From: Candidatus Latescibacterota bacterium
GTDB lineage: Bacteria; Latescibacterota; UBA2968
Length of the DNA stretch: 64,000 nucleotides
Reading direction: 5' to 3'
NCBI GenBank assembly: GCA_965198115.1
Contig: OZ240241.1
Coordinates: forward strand, 896,001-960,000
Shown: positions 39,146 to 50,128 of the stretch, one piece after another
Layout of the letters: every line of letters starts with the position of its first letter
How positions within the stretch are numbered: position 1 is the first letter of the stretch
Program-made: the position numbers and the translations under genes
The notes under the pieces: generated by a model
Told to the model about the DNA's origin: nothing
Seen by the model: the letters and a program-made list of their open reading frames with translations, nothing else
Database searches by the model: none

Positions 39146-41879
39146 AACGAATGCTCGTGGTTCTTCTGACCTGTCTGGCCGGACAGGTTGCCGTCGTCTG
39201 GGGACATTTCGACCACGGTGTGGGTGGGGAGCGTTTGGTATTCCAGATCCCGCCGCCGATCGATCTGCAAAGGCAGCGGGATGGGGTGCTGCGATTCGAC
39301 CCGCCTGCAGTCATCCACGTCCCTCATTCATCCGCGCTGAACATCGGGAGCGCCACGATTGCGGCGTGGGTCTGGGTCGATTCGGCCTACGTCGGAACAT
39401 CTCCGGGTGTCGTGGCCGGTCGCTGGCATCAGATTCAGGGCGAGTCGAGTTTCGTGCTCCATTCGGACGGATCGGAGGCGGGCGGGTTTCGAGTGACGTG
39501 GGAGGATGGATCCGAGTTGGATCTGTGGGGATACGACGTGCCGGTATCTCGCTGGGTGCACTATGCAGCGACGATCGATGATTCGGAGATGGTCGTCTAT
39601 GTGGACGGCGTAGCCGCTGCTCGGACGGACGTGAATGGAAAACGTCTGGCCGACTCGCTTTGTCCGCTCTGGATCGGTGGGTCGACGGAGGGGGTTGTCT
39701 TCCCCGGGATGATCGCGGATGTGCGGCTCGTAGCCCGCGCGGCCGACGAACAAGACATCGGACATCTGATGGCGGGGGAAAACGTGGAGGGTGAGGTCGG
39801 GCGATGGCTGGCCGGCAGTCGGGTCGATGACGGCGTCCGGGTAGTCGGATCCCTGCGGTGGGTTGACGACCCGGCTCGAGGCGGCGGCGCCGACTTTCGA
39901 AATCCTCACCAAACCGAGCTGAAACAGACCGATTCCGCGAGCATCGAAGGAGAAATCACGCTGGCCGCCTGGGCGATCAATCGGGGTATTGCCCGGGGGG
40001 GTGGTGCCGTCGTAGGCAAGTGGGGTCCCGACCTGGACGAACGTTCCTTCATTCTCTACAGCGTCGGTGGAGATGGATTCGGTTTTCGAGCGTTTTGGGA
40101 GACGGTTCGCAGAGTAACCTGACTGTTTTCGATGCACCGGCCAACACCTGGTTCCACATCGCGGGAACCTATGACGGGCGTGCGATGCGACTGTATGTGA
40201 ACGGGGTCGAATCTGCCCGGGCGGTCGCCGTGAATCGGGTCTTCGCAACGACGGGAACGCCGATCGTCATCGGAGGAAATGGCGATCCGTCCGCCCCTCC
40301 GTTTTCCGGCGCGCTCGATGAGGTCGGCGTATGGAGGGTAGCGCTTTCTCGAGATGAGATTCTCGAGTTGGCTCGAAGCGGGATACCGCAGCGAACCGAT
40401 GCGGTCCACACGTTCGGATCCTTCGGACCCGTGGATGATCCCGGGCAGTCGCAGCCGTTGACCTTCCTCGAGTCGGTCGCCGCAGGGGACACCTCACGGA
40501 TGTCGACGTTCTGGGATTCGGACGATAGGCTGATGGCGTCGGCACGCGCACGCAGGCCTCGCCATCTGTCGTTTCCTGACGTAGACGAGCACCGCCTGCT
40601 CGACGAGGCGCTGTGGTGGGCGATCGTGCGGGGTCAGGGTGCCACCGCACACCGTCTGCTCCAACGGGGTGCCGACATCGACGCGATGATCGGGAGCGGC
40701 GGTTCCTCTTCGCTCCATCAGGCTGTGGCGCGTCAGGACTTCGAGGCCGTTCAGTTTCTGATCCAGCAGGGTGCCGATCCCACGCTCGAGGATCGAACAC
40801 ATCGGTCATCATCGTGGGAGTGGGCGGCGCATTTCGATCTGCCGGTTCTCCGCGCCTACCTGTTGGATGCGGCGTCCGTCACGAGTCTCAAAGCAGCGGT
40901 CGAGTACGGCGACCTCTCCCGAGTGACGTCGATTGTCGAAAGCGGATCGGTGACGTCGACAGCGCTGGACGACGCTCTCAGACGTGCTGCATCGGGCGGC
41001 CACGTCGAGATTGCCGATCACTTGCTGCAGTCTGGCGCTGACGTGGCGTCGCGCGATTCGCGTGGACGTCGAGCGGTTGATCGCGCCATCCGGGCGAGCC
41101 GGTATGAGCTGGTCGATTTCCTCCGCAAAAAAGGGGGGGAGGCTCCGTCGGTCCCCTTTCTTGAACGAGTAGGGCAACTCGACTCGGCGATCGAAAGCCG
41201 GGACACCGTGGCCGCGCAAGACCTGCTGGACGCCGATCCCGACCTGGTGTTTTGTGACAGCGAAGCGGGACGGACCTGGTTCCAACGCGCCGCCGATGTG
41301 AACGATGGTGCCCTGGTTCGCCTCCTGGTGAGGCGCGGCGCTTCGATCGGGAGCGTGAGGGCTACGCCTCGCTCGGGTGGGCCGTTTCGCGAGGCGAGTC
41401 CGATGTGCGCGTGCCCTGGTAGAGGCGGGTGCGGAGCTGGACTTCTGGGCGTCTGCGGGTCTCGGTTTGGTGGACTCACTGGATACGTACTGGATTGAGG
41501 ACATGCTCATCGATGGGGCATCGCGAACGGGCAGTTTCCGCCGTGGGTCGGATGGATCGATCCTGCCGCGCCCCCCACGACGGAAGTCGAGATTCTGTCG
41601 GACGCGCTCTACATCGGGGCCCGAAACGGTCATCGCTCTGTCGTCGAGTGGCTACTGATGCGCGGTGCCGACCCCAACTTCAGGGCCGAGCGAGGGGGAA
41701 CGCCCCTCTACTGGGCGGTCAAGTCGGGCCGAGTCGACGTCGTTCGACTGTTGGTCTCGGCCGGTGCAGATCCACGCATTCCCGACCGGTATGGCCGTAA
41801 TGCGGGACAGATGGCCACAGGGTCGGCGAAGCTTCTCGAGGCGCTTCAAGGTAGGAAGGCAAAGGAGAATTCGCGGTGA
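39142..41879 (+). pseudogene. Secreted LamG-LamG-ankyrin repeat protein, frameshifts at ~40098, ~41390 and ~41585
   Basis: Signal peptide; two LamG-like units (TIAAWV..WVHYAAT..YVDG..G.IADVR and TLAAW..WFHIAGTYDG..YVNG..GALDEV); then ankyrin repeats to TPLYWAV..LVSAGADP. Confidence 0.75.
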
Positions 41880-42547
41880 AGGAGGAAGCGACGCGGTTTC
41901 GGGCGACTGCCGACAAGGGGGATGTGTCCGGACTGTTCACGATACAGGATGGAGCTGAATCGCTCGTCGTCCTGGGACACGCCGCGAGTACGGATATCCA
42001 CCATCGGTCGATGACTCACATCGCTCGGTCACTCGCGGAGGTCAACATCGCCACCTTTCGATACAACTTCCCGTATATGGAAAGAGGGGGCGGCCGGGTC
42101 GATGGCCGGGCGGTGTGCTATGAAACGGTCCGGTCGGCTGTGGCGCACACGGCCGATCGAGTGCCCGAGGCGACACTCTTCGCAGGCGGTCGATCGTTCG
42201 GTGGGCGGATGACGTCGATGGCCGCGGCCGACGCTTCTCTCGCGGTACGAGGTCTCGTTTTCTATGCGTTTCCGCTTCATCCAGCCAGGAAACCGGCGAC
42301 GGATCGCGCCGACCATCTGTCGGAAGTCGGAAAGCCGATGCTCTTTCTATCGGGAACCCGGGATACCCTGGCAGACCTGTTGCCACTCGAACCGGTTGTC
42401 GAGGATCTGTCCGGGGCGACGCTCCACATCCTCGATACCGCCGATCATAGCTTCGGTGTGTTGAAACGATCCGGACAGACGGAGGAAGGGGTCTATGTGG
42501 AGGCGGCGAAGGTAGTTGGTGATTGGATCGAAAGTAATCCTAAATAA
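41876..42547 (+). CDS. Alpha/beta hydrolase family protein
   Basis: RYNFPY, GGRSFGGR nucleophile elbow, FPLHP, GTRD, ADHSF. Confidence 0.85.
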   Translation: MKEEATRFRATADKGDVSGLFTIQDGAESLVVLGHAASTDIHHRSMTHIARSLAEVNIATFRYNFPYMERGGGRVDGRAVCYETVRSAVAHTADRVPEATLFAGGRSFGGRMTSMAAADASLAVRGLVFYAFPLHPARKPATDRADHLSEVGKPMLFLSGTRDTLADLLPLEPVVEDLSGATLHILDTADHSFGVLKRSGQTEEGVYVEAAKVVGDWIESNPK

Positions 42548-42636
42548 CAGCTAAACAATGAGTTATTGAAAATAAATGGCTTGGGCGAAAAGAAAGTGGC
42601 CCCGACGGGGCCACTTTTATAATGTGGGGAAATTAC

Positions 42637-42730
42637 GTCCCTGTGCCCAGCACAGGGACGAGCGCAACGCTTGTTTTCTTAAAATGTACGGAATGTGGCG
42701 CGCTCGCCCGCGTGCTCTGCACGAGGGCGT
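42637..42730. repeat. Inverted REP doublet (CTCG-CCC..GTGC..GCAC..GGG family)
   Basis: CCCTGTGCCCAGCACAGGGACGAGCGC ... GCGCTCGCCCGCGTGCTCTGCACGAGGG; the same family occurs at 47268, 27785 and 28480. Confidence 0.75.
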
Positions 42731-42809
42731 ATTGGAGTTGAGCACCGAGTTCCGAATGGAAGGCTACTTCAACACTCGGAGATCGCTATTCGGAACTCGG
42801 AATTCGATC

Positions 42810-44099
42810 TCAGTCTCTGAGGTAGCGAGGGTTCCCGAATCCGTCGTTGACGACGTGGCTTCGTGCGGGGATTTCTGACTTTTCAGGAATGAGCAGATCG
42901 AGTTCTGTGCTGTTTTCGATGACGGTGCCATCGCCGACCCGCACGCCTTCACCCAGACGGATGCGGCCGGGGCGTCGCGTCGTGGCAAGCACCGTGCCGA
43001 TGACGACGGCCGACGCGATCCGGCATTCAGGGCCGACCTGCACGTAGCCATACACCTGACTGTTGATACCGATGCTCGATCGATCGCCGATCTCGACCGG
43101 CCCGAGCAGCTGGGCATCCGTCCCTATCATCACGTAGTTGCCGATGATGGGGTGGCGCTGGCGGACTTTCTCGCTGATGCCTCCGAGTGTGCACGGGTAG
43201 AGGACGCATCCTTCTCCGACGATTCCCGTCTGCCCCGTCGTGAGTCCGCGGTGCGGATGCTCGAGGAAGTTGGCGTCGCCGATCTTCGTTTCGGGATGGA
43301 GATCCGCCTGGTAGTAGCGGCCTCCGAGCTCTGCGATCGCTCGGGGGAGAAGCGGCACGGGCAACCGCTTGACGTCGATGTTGCCCGAGGCTCCCGCCTG
43401 AGTCAACGCGTGGGCGACGTCGTGGTAGAAGAGCACACGCCATCCAGGGTAGGAACTGACGACAAGCTGGAGGTGGTAATTGAAGGCAAAATCGAGACCT
43501 TCGGTCTCGAGAAAGTCCGCGTAGGAACCGAAATCTCTCTCCTCGATCGCACGGTCGATGGCCGGTTTGAACTCCAGATCGGCCAGCTTCTGCCGGCAGG
43601 CCTCATTTTCTCCCGTGATGTAGGCGTCCCAGATCGCGGGGTCCTTCAGGGAGGCGAACCGGTTCCACCGGGCTCGTTCTTTGAGCTCGGGAATATCGGC
43701 GAGAAGGGCGAACGTCGTTCCGATCGCCGTCTCTTCGACGCTGGCTCCGGGGCCCTCAACGGCGAGGAGGGATTGCGCGATCATCGCATACAGCTGATCG
43801 CAGAGCTCTTCGACGCCGTTCTCGAAATCCTTGGCTCGAGCACCGTTCGTTTCCGTGGCGTTGTGGGATCCGGGAGCCGCGAACTCCAGGAGATTGCCCA
43901 AAACTGTCTCGAGGATGTCACGGTTGACGAATCCGCGCCCTGACCGATGGCTGAGGATGCCGGGATTGATCCGATCGATTCGGAGGGCGGCCAGCTCTTC
44001 GTCGTTGAAGATGCTTCTAAGCTGGTCGCAGACCTGCTTGAGCAGAGGTCTTTTAAGCGATTCGTAGGTTTTATCGAATAGCGTCTGCGGTTGACTCAT
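42810..44099 (-). CDS. Serine O-acetyltransferase (CysE)-like hexapeptide acyltransferase with long N-terminal extension
   Basis: DLHP.TKIG..FLEH..G..G.T...TLGG...RHP.IG..V.IG..A.LLGPV.IGD left-handed beta-helix. Confidence 0.7.
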   Translation of the reverse strand: MSQPQTLFDKTYESLKRPLLKQVCDQLRSIFNDEELAALRIDRINPGILSHRSGRGFVNRDILETVLGNLLEFAAPGSHNATETNGARAKDFENGVEELCDQLYAMIAQSLLAVEGPGASVEETAIGTTFALLADIPELKERARWNRFASLKDPAIWDAYITGENEACRQKLADLEFKPAIDRAIEERDFGSYADFLETEGLDFAFNYHLQLVVSSYPGWRVLFYHDVAHALTQAGASGNIDVKRLPVPLLPRAIAELGGRYYQADLHPETKIGDANFLEHPHRGLTTGQTGIVGEGCVLYPCTLGGISEKVRQRHPIIGNYVMIGTDAQLLGPVEIGDRSSIGINSQVYGYVQVGPECRIASAVVIGTVLATTRRPGRIRLGEGVRVGDGTVIENSTELDLLIPEKSEIPARSHVVNDGFGNPRYLRD

Positions 44100-44169
44100 T
44101 ACGTTAGCCTTGAAGGGGGAGTCGGCTCAGGCCACAATATTAGGCAATTACGGGTCCGCCTGCCACCCC

Positions 44170-46275
44170 TCACCTCAGCAGGACCCGTGCGAGCGGCTGA
44201 TAAACGACCTGCCCTTTCCACGCTTGGTTGGCGGGAACGGCTGAGAGCGACCGGACGGCACGGCCCCGATAGGTGCCGAGGGGCGCGTCCACGACGCTGT
44301 TGAGTCGAACGACGATCGTGTAGGCGCCCGGGGCGATCGTGGCCGGGATCTTGAACGTAAATCGATCGGCGTAGGAATGTCCGATCGGTAGATCCACCGG
44401 TGCTACTTCGACGCTACGAGCCGCGGTGAACCCGCCCGTGCTCGGGATTTCGAGTCGCTCGTTGGCGAAGGCAACTTCGGCGAAGTATTGGCCGGCAGCT
44501 CTCTTTCGGGTCACCACCGTGAGGGTGAAGAACTCGCTTCGACCGATGAGGGCAGAAACCGGGTTCGTCAGGACCCGTGTGATCCCGCGATCGAGTCCTA
44601 TGAGGTCGATGCCCACGAAATCTACGGGTTGAAAGGTGTCTTCAGCCGACGGGATCTGGACGCCGATCGGATTTCCTGACGATGCCGCCGGGACCTTGGG
44701 CATCAGCTCGAGGAGACGTGGATCGAATGCAGCGCGTCGGATTTGAAAATGATCGAGCTCTGGCGGCATTCGATCGTCGAGAATCGTGTAGAGGGGCGCC
44801 TCGCCTGACTCCTCTATCAGACCCTTGAGGACACGAAGACGGTCTGCGACGTTGAGCGCGGGGGCGATGCCTCGGAGCGAGCTTGTACCATCAACGAACC
44901 TGGGTGCGAGCCGTCCTAGTGTTTCGACGGTCACGTCGTGCCTGAGGCCGCGCACCTCGCGAAAGTATTTGTAGCGCGTGGCCCGACCGTCGTCCGTACT
45001 CACGATCGTGGCGTCGACAGGAAGGGCCCTGTATCGAGCCTCGCGAAGGTCGTAGGTGCCCGTGTTTCGGGTGATAGCGGATACGGTCTGAAAGTGAGTG
45101 AGCAGGAGAACGAGTGAGAGCGCGGGGAAGATCCCGTAGCGAACGGAGGCCGGTAAGCGAGCGAACAGGCGGCCGGTCAGAATCCTGTGAGCGCCAAGCC
45201 CGGCCAGTGCGATGAAGAACAGAAAGGCGGGCATAAAGAAGACGTCCTTGTCCGCGACGTCGTAGGGCAGTGCGAGGGAGGTCGCTGTGACGAGCATCAG
45301 AGCTAGGGATTCGGAAAAATGGTCTGGAACGCCGCGACGCAATCGTCTGACGAACACGCCGAGAAGGGTTACCGCCGCCAGGATCGGAACCAGAAACGAG
45401 GTGTTCTGGCTGAGTGTCGCGAGGAACCCAGTGAACAGAGTTGCGACGTGTTTGATCGAGGTCACTGCCAACCGCGAACCCGTGAATTCCTCGGCAGTGA
45501 AGTACCAGAACAGCCATCTTGGCGAAAGAGGTTCGTAGCCGCTCAAGAACACGAAGTCCGAAATGAAACCGTCTCCGAACACGCGGATCGGCACGTAGAG
45601 AAGTGGCGTGGATCCGAGAACGGCACTGGCCAGACACAGGGCGATCTGTCGCCGACCCCCTGTCCGCGTAACCGGTGTCGAGACGGCCAACACGTAGACC
45701 AATCCGGGAAAAATCAGGGCAGCGAGGAGCACGTTCGACGTGGCTGTCAGGCCAAACAGAAAGGAAGCGCAGATAAGAGCCGTAGGCTCACGCGTGCGAA
45801 ACCACCGCGCGAGGGCATACAGTACGGCGCATACGGCGGCCAGCTGAACTGCATAGACCTCGGCTATCGAGGCGTGAAACCAGAACACCCGGGCGAAGGC
45901 GAGCGTCCAGCCGGTCGCGACGGCGATACCGGCATGACGCGTATGCGTGTAAACGCAGAGAGACAGAAAGCACGCCGCCAGGGCCATAAACACGGCCGAG
46001 GTGAGAATCACACCTTCATCTGGAATCGGGAACGGCAATGCGGAGAAGAGATGGGCGAAGATCAAGTAGAGCGGGTGCCCGGGCGGATGGTCGACGCCGA
46101 GGGTGGTCGCGGCGAGCACCATTTCGGCGCTGTCGATGGCATAGAGGGTGTCGAGTGCCCAGACACGGGCCCGGGTTTGGTTGTAGACGAGCAGGGGAAC
46201 GATCAAGGCAAGTGCACCGACCCAGCGTGCTGGGTGTTGCTTCGCACTTTCACGGAAGAGCGCCACGCCCATCAT
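44170..46275 (-). CDS. DUF2723 / TMEM260-like GT-C membrane protein
   Basis: DSAE..A..LGVDHPPGHPLY, FW..A..AEVY; about 11 TM segments and a C-terminal soluble beta domain. Confidence 0.8.
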   Translation of the reverse strand: MMGVALFRESAKQHPARWVGALALIVPLLVYNQTRARVWALDTLYAIDSAEMVLAATTLGVDHPPGHPLYLIFAHLFSALPFPIPDEGVILTSAVFMALAACFLSLCVYTHTRHAGIAVATGWTLAFARVFWFHASIAEVYAVQLAAVCAVLYALARWFRTREPTALICASFLFGLTATSNVLLAALIFPGLVYVLAVSTPVTRTGGRRQIALCLASAVLGSTPLLYVPIRVFGDGFISDFVFLSGYEPLSPRWLFWYFTAEEFTGSRLAVTSIKHVATLFTGFLATLSQNTSFLVPILAAVTLLGVFVRRLRRGVPDHFSESLALMLVTATSLALPYDVADKDVFFMPAFLFFIALAGLGAHRILTGRLFARLPASVRYGIFPALSLVLLLTHFQTVSAITRNTGTYDLREARYRALPVDATIVSTDDGRATRYKYFREVRGLRHDVTVETLGRLAPRFVDGTSSLRGIAPALNVADRLRVLKGLIEESGEAPLYTILDDRMPPELDHFQIRRAAFDPRLLELMPKVPAASSGNPIGVQIPSAEDTFQPVDFVGIDLIGLDRGITRVLTNPVSALIGRSEFFTLTVVTRKRAAGQYFAEVAFANERLEIPSTGGFTAARSVEVAPVDLPIGHSYADRFTFKIPATIAPGAYTIVVRLNSVVDAPLGTYRGRAVRSLSAVPANQAWKGQVVYQPLARVLLR

Positions 46276-47171
46276 CAGGCGATCAGACTCTCCACGTGCT
46301 GCTTCAGTCCCTCGGCCACTGGCGTGGCCGGCACCGCCAGTCCGGCTCCCTCGAGCCGATCGAGGCAGTAGACGCGATGGCAGCAGAACGGTGCGGCTCC
46401 GGGGTTCTCCGCCAGATGGGATTGAACGCTGACCTCGTTGATGGGTGCGTGTGGAACGCCCAGACTATTGGCGATCAGGTTGTAGAACGCGCGAGATTCT
46501 ATGATGTCCGGACCGGCCGTGCAGAATATGCGACCGAACGTGTCTTCGTTACCGGCCGCGCTCAGAATCAGCCGGCACAGATCGAGTGCGAAGATCGGCT
46601 GTTGCAGAAAGTGGCCTCCACCGAGGAGGTCGAGAGGTTCCCCGTTGCGAATGCGATCGATCAGTTTGTCGTCACGCCCGTGTTTTGGAAGGCACCCCAG
46701 CTTGCTTCCTGGCCCGTAGATGTGACAGGGCCGAACGACTGTCCATGCGCTGTCGCCGAAGTCTCCCTGCTCGAAAACCCTTTCGCAGATCCGCTTCTTC
46801 CCACCATAGCCCTCGGTCGCGTAGGAGGTCGCTTCCTCGCCCTGGGGAAACCGTCGATGCGCCGGGTCGAACACGAAGTCGGTTGAAATGAACACGAGTT
46901 GCCTGCAGCGATTCCTGAAAACCGCCACATCCTGTTCGGCGTCTTCGGGATCGTAGCCGATGCAGTCCACGACGAGGTCCCAGCCGTCCGAGTCGGCCAG
47001 AGCGCTGGCGAATCCGCCACGATCCTTGCGATCGACCGTAATGGCTGTGACGCCGTCGGGCAGAGGCCGCTGACCGCGTGTGACGACGCTGATGTCGTGA
47101 CCCTCGGCGGCGGCGAGGGTCGCGAAAGTTCCACTGACGAACCCACTTCCGCCGATCGATAGGATCTTCAT
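46275..47171 (-). CDS. NAD-dependent epimerase/dehydratase
   Basis: IGGSGFVS, FISTD, YGGKK, RPCHIYGP. Confidence 0.88.
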   Translation of the reverse strand: MKILSIGGSGFVSGTFATLAAAEGHDISVVTRGQRPLPDGVTAITVDRKDRGGFASALADSDGWDLVVDCIGYDPEDAEQDVAVFRNRCRQLVFISTDFVFDPAHRRFPQGEEATSYATEGYGGKKRICERVFEQGDFGDSAWTVVRPCHIYGPGSKLGCLPKHGRDDKLIDRIRNGEPLDLLGGGHFLQQPIFALDLCRLILSAAGNEDTFGRIFCTAGPDIIESRAFYNLIANSLGVPHAPINEVSVQSHLAENPGAAPFCCHRVYCLDRLEGAGLAVPATPVAEGLKQHVESLIA

Positions 47172-47267
47172 CCCTTTTCTCCAGGTAGCGATTGGCTGAT
47201 GTCAGCTGAAATGATACGGACTGAACCACCCAGCCACCAGGACACGAAGAGGCTCGGGAGGCGGCTT

Positions 47268-47363
47268 GCACCCTGTGCTGCACAGCACAGGGACGAGCGC
47301 ACGCGCGGTTTCTACTAAATTAGAAAATCGCCACGCTCGCCCTCGTGCTCTGCACGAGGGTGC
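47268..47363. repeat. Inverted REP doublet, same family as 42637
   Basis: CCCTGTGC..GCACAGGGACGAGCGC ... CGCTCGCCCTCGTGCTCTGCACGAGGG. Confidence 0.75.
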
Positions 47364-47387
47364 TGTGTCGGCGTATCTGTGTCGACG

Positions 47388-48179
47388 TCAACTGCCGGTC
47401 GACGCATAGTGGCGGACGCCGAAGCGCCAGACTCTGAGGCAGACCATCAGGAAGAGCAGACCGACCGCAGGGGACAACCAGGCGGCGTCCGTCGAACCCG
47501 GTTTTTCGAGGATGGCAAGGACCGGATAGTAGTTGGCGAAGGCGAGAGGAACGACAAAGGTGAAGAATTTCTGAAACTAGTCCCGGTAGATCGACAGGGG
47601 ATACTGGGCGGTTTCTACGCCGCCGTAAGTGACGGTGTTCATGATTTCCAGCGATTCGGTCGTCCAGAAAGCTATCGTCGCCTGTAAGACGACGAGGCCG
47701 CAGAACATTGCGGCCGCACCGAAGACCGCGAACAGGGTCAAGGCTCCCTTGGCGATCGTCCATTCGACGTCGAGCGTGGTCGCTGCCCAGGCGAACACGA
47801 AGAGTCCCTGAGCCAGCCGGCCGATCCGTCGGAGCGTCAGTTCCTGTCCTGCGATTTGCAGCGCGGCGCTTCGGGGGCGAAGAAGGACACGATCGAAATC
47901 ACCCGACTTGATCTGATTGCCGAGCATATCGAACCCACGACTGACTGCATCTGCGAATGCGAACGCGATGTTGATGAGACCGTAGAACAGCGCCACCTCC
48001 TCCAGACGCCAGGTACCCAGCCGGCCGAAACGGTCGAACAGAACGACCATCCCGGCGAATTCGCTGGCTGTGATGAGACCGTGCCCGATGGTCAACATCA
48101 CGAAAGAAGCCCGGTACTGCATCTGGCTTCGGATGCTGATGCCGAGGTAACGAATGTAAAGGCGCCACGCGTCACCCAT
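47388..48179 (-). pseudogene. ABC-2 family permease (DUF990) with in-frame TAG at 47577-47579
   Basis: QYRASF, GDFDRVLLRP, QYPLSIYRD*FQKFFTFVVPLAFANYYP..Y.STGS. Confidence 0.85.
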
Positions 48180-48216
48180 AAACGTGGGGGAAGTCAGAGT
48201 TGGGGCGACCACCGGA

Positions 48217-49008
48217 TCAGCCTCCCTGCACGACGAGGCGTCGCCGCGCGATTGCGAGCAGGCTGCGTCCACCGAGAACGAGGAGGGCGAACCAGACCGC
48301 TTCGAGAATCAACAGATCCCAGAGCGCGGATGGAGGTAAGTGGCCCAGGTAGAGTCGGAACGGCACGTCGGCGATGTGGCGGAACGGAAGGGCTTCGAGG
48401 AATGGCTGGCACCAGGATGGAAACAGGGGAAGCGGGACGATCATACCGGAGAGGATGAAACCCACCGCCGGGATGAGGCTGCTGACACCCTGACCAGATA
48501 TGGTCCATAGCAGCGAGATATTCAGGATGACCGTGATGGCCGCGCTCAGGAGAACGGCCCCGGCAAGTGCGACGCCGAAGGCTGCGGCAGCCTCGACGGA
48601 GGGTGGGAGTGATAGCCCCAGAAACAGGAGGGCGATGGTGACGAGGGGTACGGACCGGAGAAGGGTCGGTGCCGTCTTCAGCGCGATCGCCCGACTGAAC
48701 CAGAAGCCATAGAGGTCGAGCGGCCGGAGGAGTTCGTAGGTGACGGCGCCGGTTCGAATCTGCTGTTGCACGTCCCGGTCGACACCCCAGGGTTGGACGA
48801 GGATGAAAGCCTGCCCCAACCAGACGTAGCCCACGACTGTTTCGATCGACATCGGGTGTGAGGCCGTCGACACCCGGTAAAAGGCCTCGAAGATCATCAT
48901 CCGGATCAGGCCCCAGAACAGTTGTGTCCCAAGACCTGCGATGGCCGCAGCGCAGTATTGGAGGAGGGTGCGGAATCGGGCGCTGAGGACGGACGTGTAG
49001 CCCTTCAT
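48217..49008 (-). CDS. ABC-2 family permease (DUF990)
   Basis: YVWLGQ, IRTG...ELLRP, LSG..VPL..FP, C-terminal VVQGG. Confidence 0.88.
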   Translation of the reverse strand: MKGYTSVLSARFRTLLQYCAAAIAGLGTQLFWGLIRMMIFEAFYRVSTASHPMSIETVVGYVWLGQAFILVQPWGVDRDVQQQIRTGAVTYELLRPLDLYGFWFSRAIALKTAPTLLRSVPLVTIALLFLGLSLPPSVEAAAAFGVALAGAVLLSAAITVILNISLLWTISGQGVSSLIPAVGFILSGMIVPLPLFPSWCQPFLEALPFRHIADVPFRLYLGHLPPSALWDLLILEAVWFALLVLGGRSLLAIARRRLVVQGG

Positions 49009-49988
49009 CCTTCCTGGCCTCGGTAAAGACGGGCGATGATTTCTTCGATGGGCGGGTTTTCCACGAAGAGATCTCGAACAGGGTGATGGGCCGTGACCCG
49101 GGCGATCAGGTCCGGTGTGGCGATCTGCTCGGGATCGTATCTGAGCGTGACACGATGGCCATCCTGCGAGACCACGGTGGCGTCCGGATCGGCGATCGTG
49201 TCACCCTCCACGGTGAGGTCGACGATCAGCCGCCGCTCGCGAGTCACACGATTCCGCAGGTCGGCGAGCGTGCCGTCGGACAGGATGCGACCTTCCCCGA
49301 TGACCATCACACGGGAGCAGAGGGCCTCGATGTCGTCCATATCGTGCGTGGTGAGGATCACGGTGACACCCTCCTCGCGGTTCAGTCGTTGGATGAAGTC
49401 ACGTACTGAGAGCTTGGCGACAGCATCGAGGCCAATTGTCGGTTCGTCCAGGAACAGAATGGAAGGACGGTGCAGCAGGGCCGCTGCCAGATCGCATCGC
49501 ATTCGCTGACCGAGGCTCAGTTGTCGCACCGGGACGTCGAGGAAAGGATCCAAGTCGAGCAGGTCGACCATCTGATCGCGGGTCTGACGATAGCTCCCGT
49601 CAGGGATTCGGTAGATGTCCTTCAGCAGATCGAAGGATTCGACGACGGGGAGGTCCCACCAGAGCTGCGTGCGCTGGCCGAAGACGACACCGATACGTGC
49701 GACGTGTTGCGTACGCTGGCGCCAGGGTGTCAGCCCCAGGATTTCGCAGCGCCCGGAATCGGGCACGAGGATACCCGAGATGACCTTGACCGTCGTTGAC
49801 TTACCGGCTCCGTTCGGACCTATGTAGCCGACGAGTTCACCGGGGTCGATGGAGAAGGAAATACGATCCAGGGCGGTGATGGTCCGGTATTTGCGATGGA
49901 CCACGCCCTTGAGGGCTCCCCAGATGCCGGCCTCTCGTTCGGCGATCTTGAAGGTTTTGACGAGTTCGTCTACGACGATCTGCGACAT
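49005..49988 (-). CDS. ABC transporter ATP-binding protein
   Basis: GPNGAGKST, GQRTQLWWDLP, LSLGQRMR, FLDEPTIGLD. Confidence 0.92.
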   Translation of the reverse strand: MSQIVVDELVKTFKIAEREAGIWGALKGVVHRKYRTITALDRISFSIDPGELVGYIGPNGAGKSTTVKVISGILVPDSGRCEILGLTPWRQRTQHVARIGVVFGQRTQLWWDLPVVESFDLLKDIYRIPDGSYRQTRDQMVDLLDLDPFLDVPVRQLSLGQRMRCDLAAALLHRPSILFLDEPTIGLDAVAKLSVRDFIQRLNREEGVTVILTTHDMDDIEALCSRVMVIGEGRILSDGTLADLRNRVTRERRLIVDLTVEGDTIADPDATVVSQDGHRVTLRYDPEQIATPDLIARVTAHHPVRDLFVENPPIEEIIARLYRGQEG

Positions 49989-50128
49989 AAGGCTCCGTCG
50001 ATGGATCCGCGACGTCCGGCGGGCGCTGTGAATGATGTATGACCGTGAACCTGGGAGTCGGGTTTCAGTCGAGACTGATCAAGCCTGGAGGCTATCGTGG
50101 GACGGGCGGGCGGATTGGAGGAGGGACG

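Noticed and set aside
47577-47579. Pyrrolysine or recoding at the in-frame TAG
   Set aside because: TAG is used as a normal stop by several genes here, the position is probably Trp, and no pyl genes are in the window.
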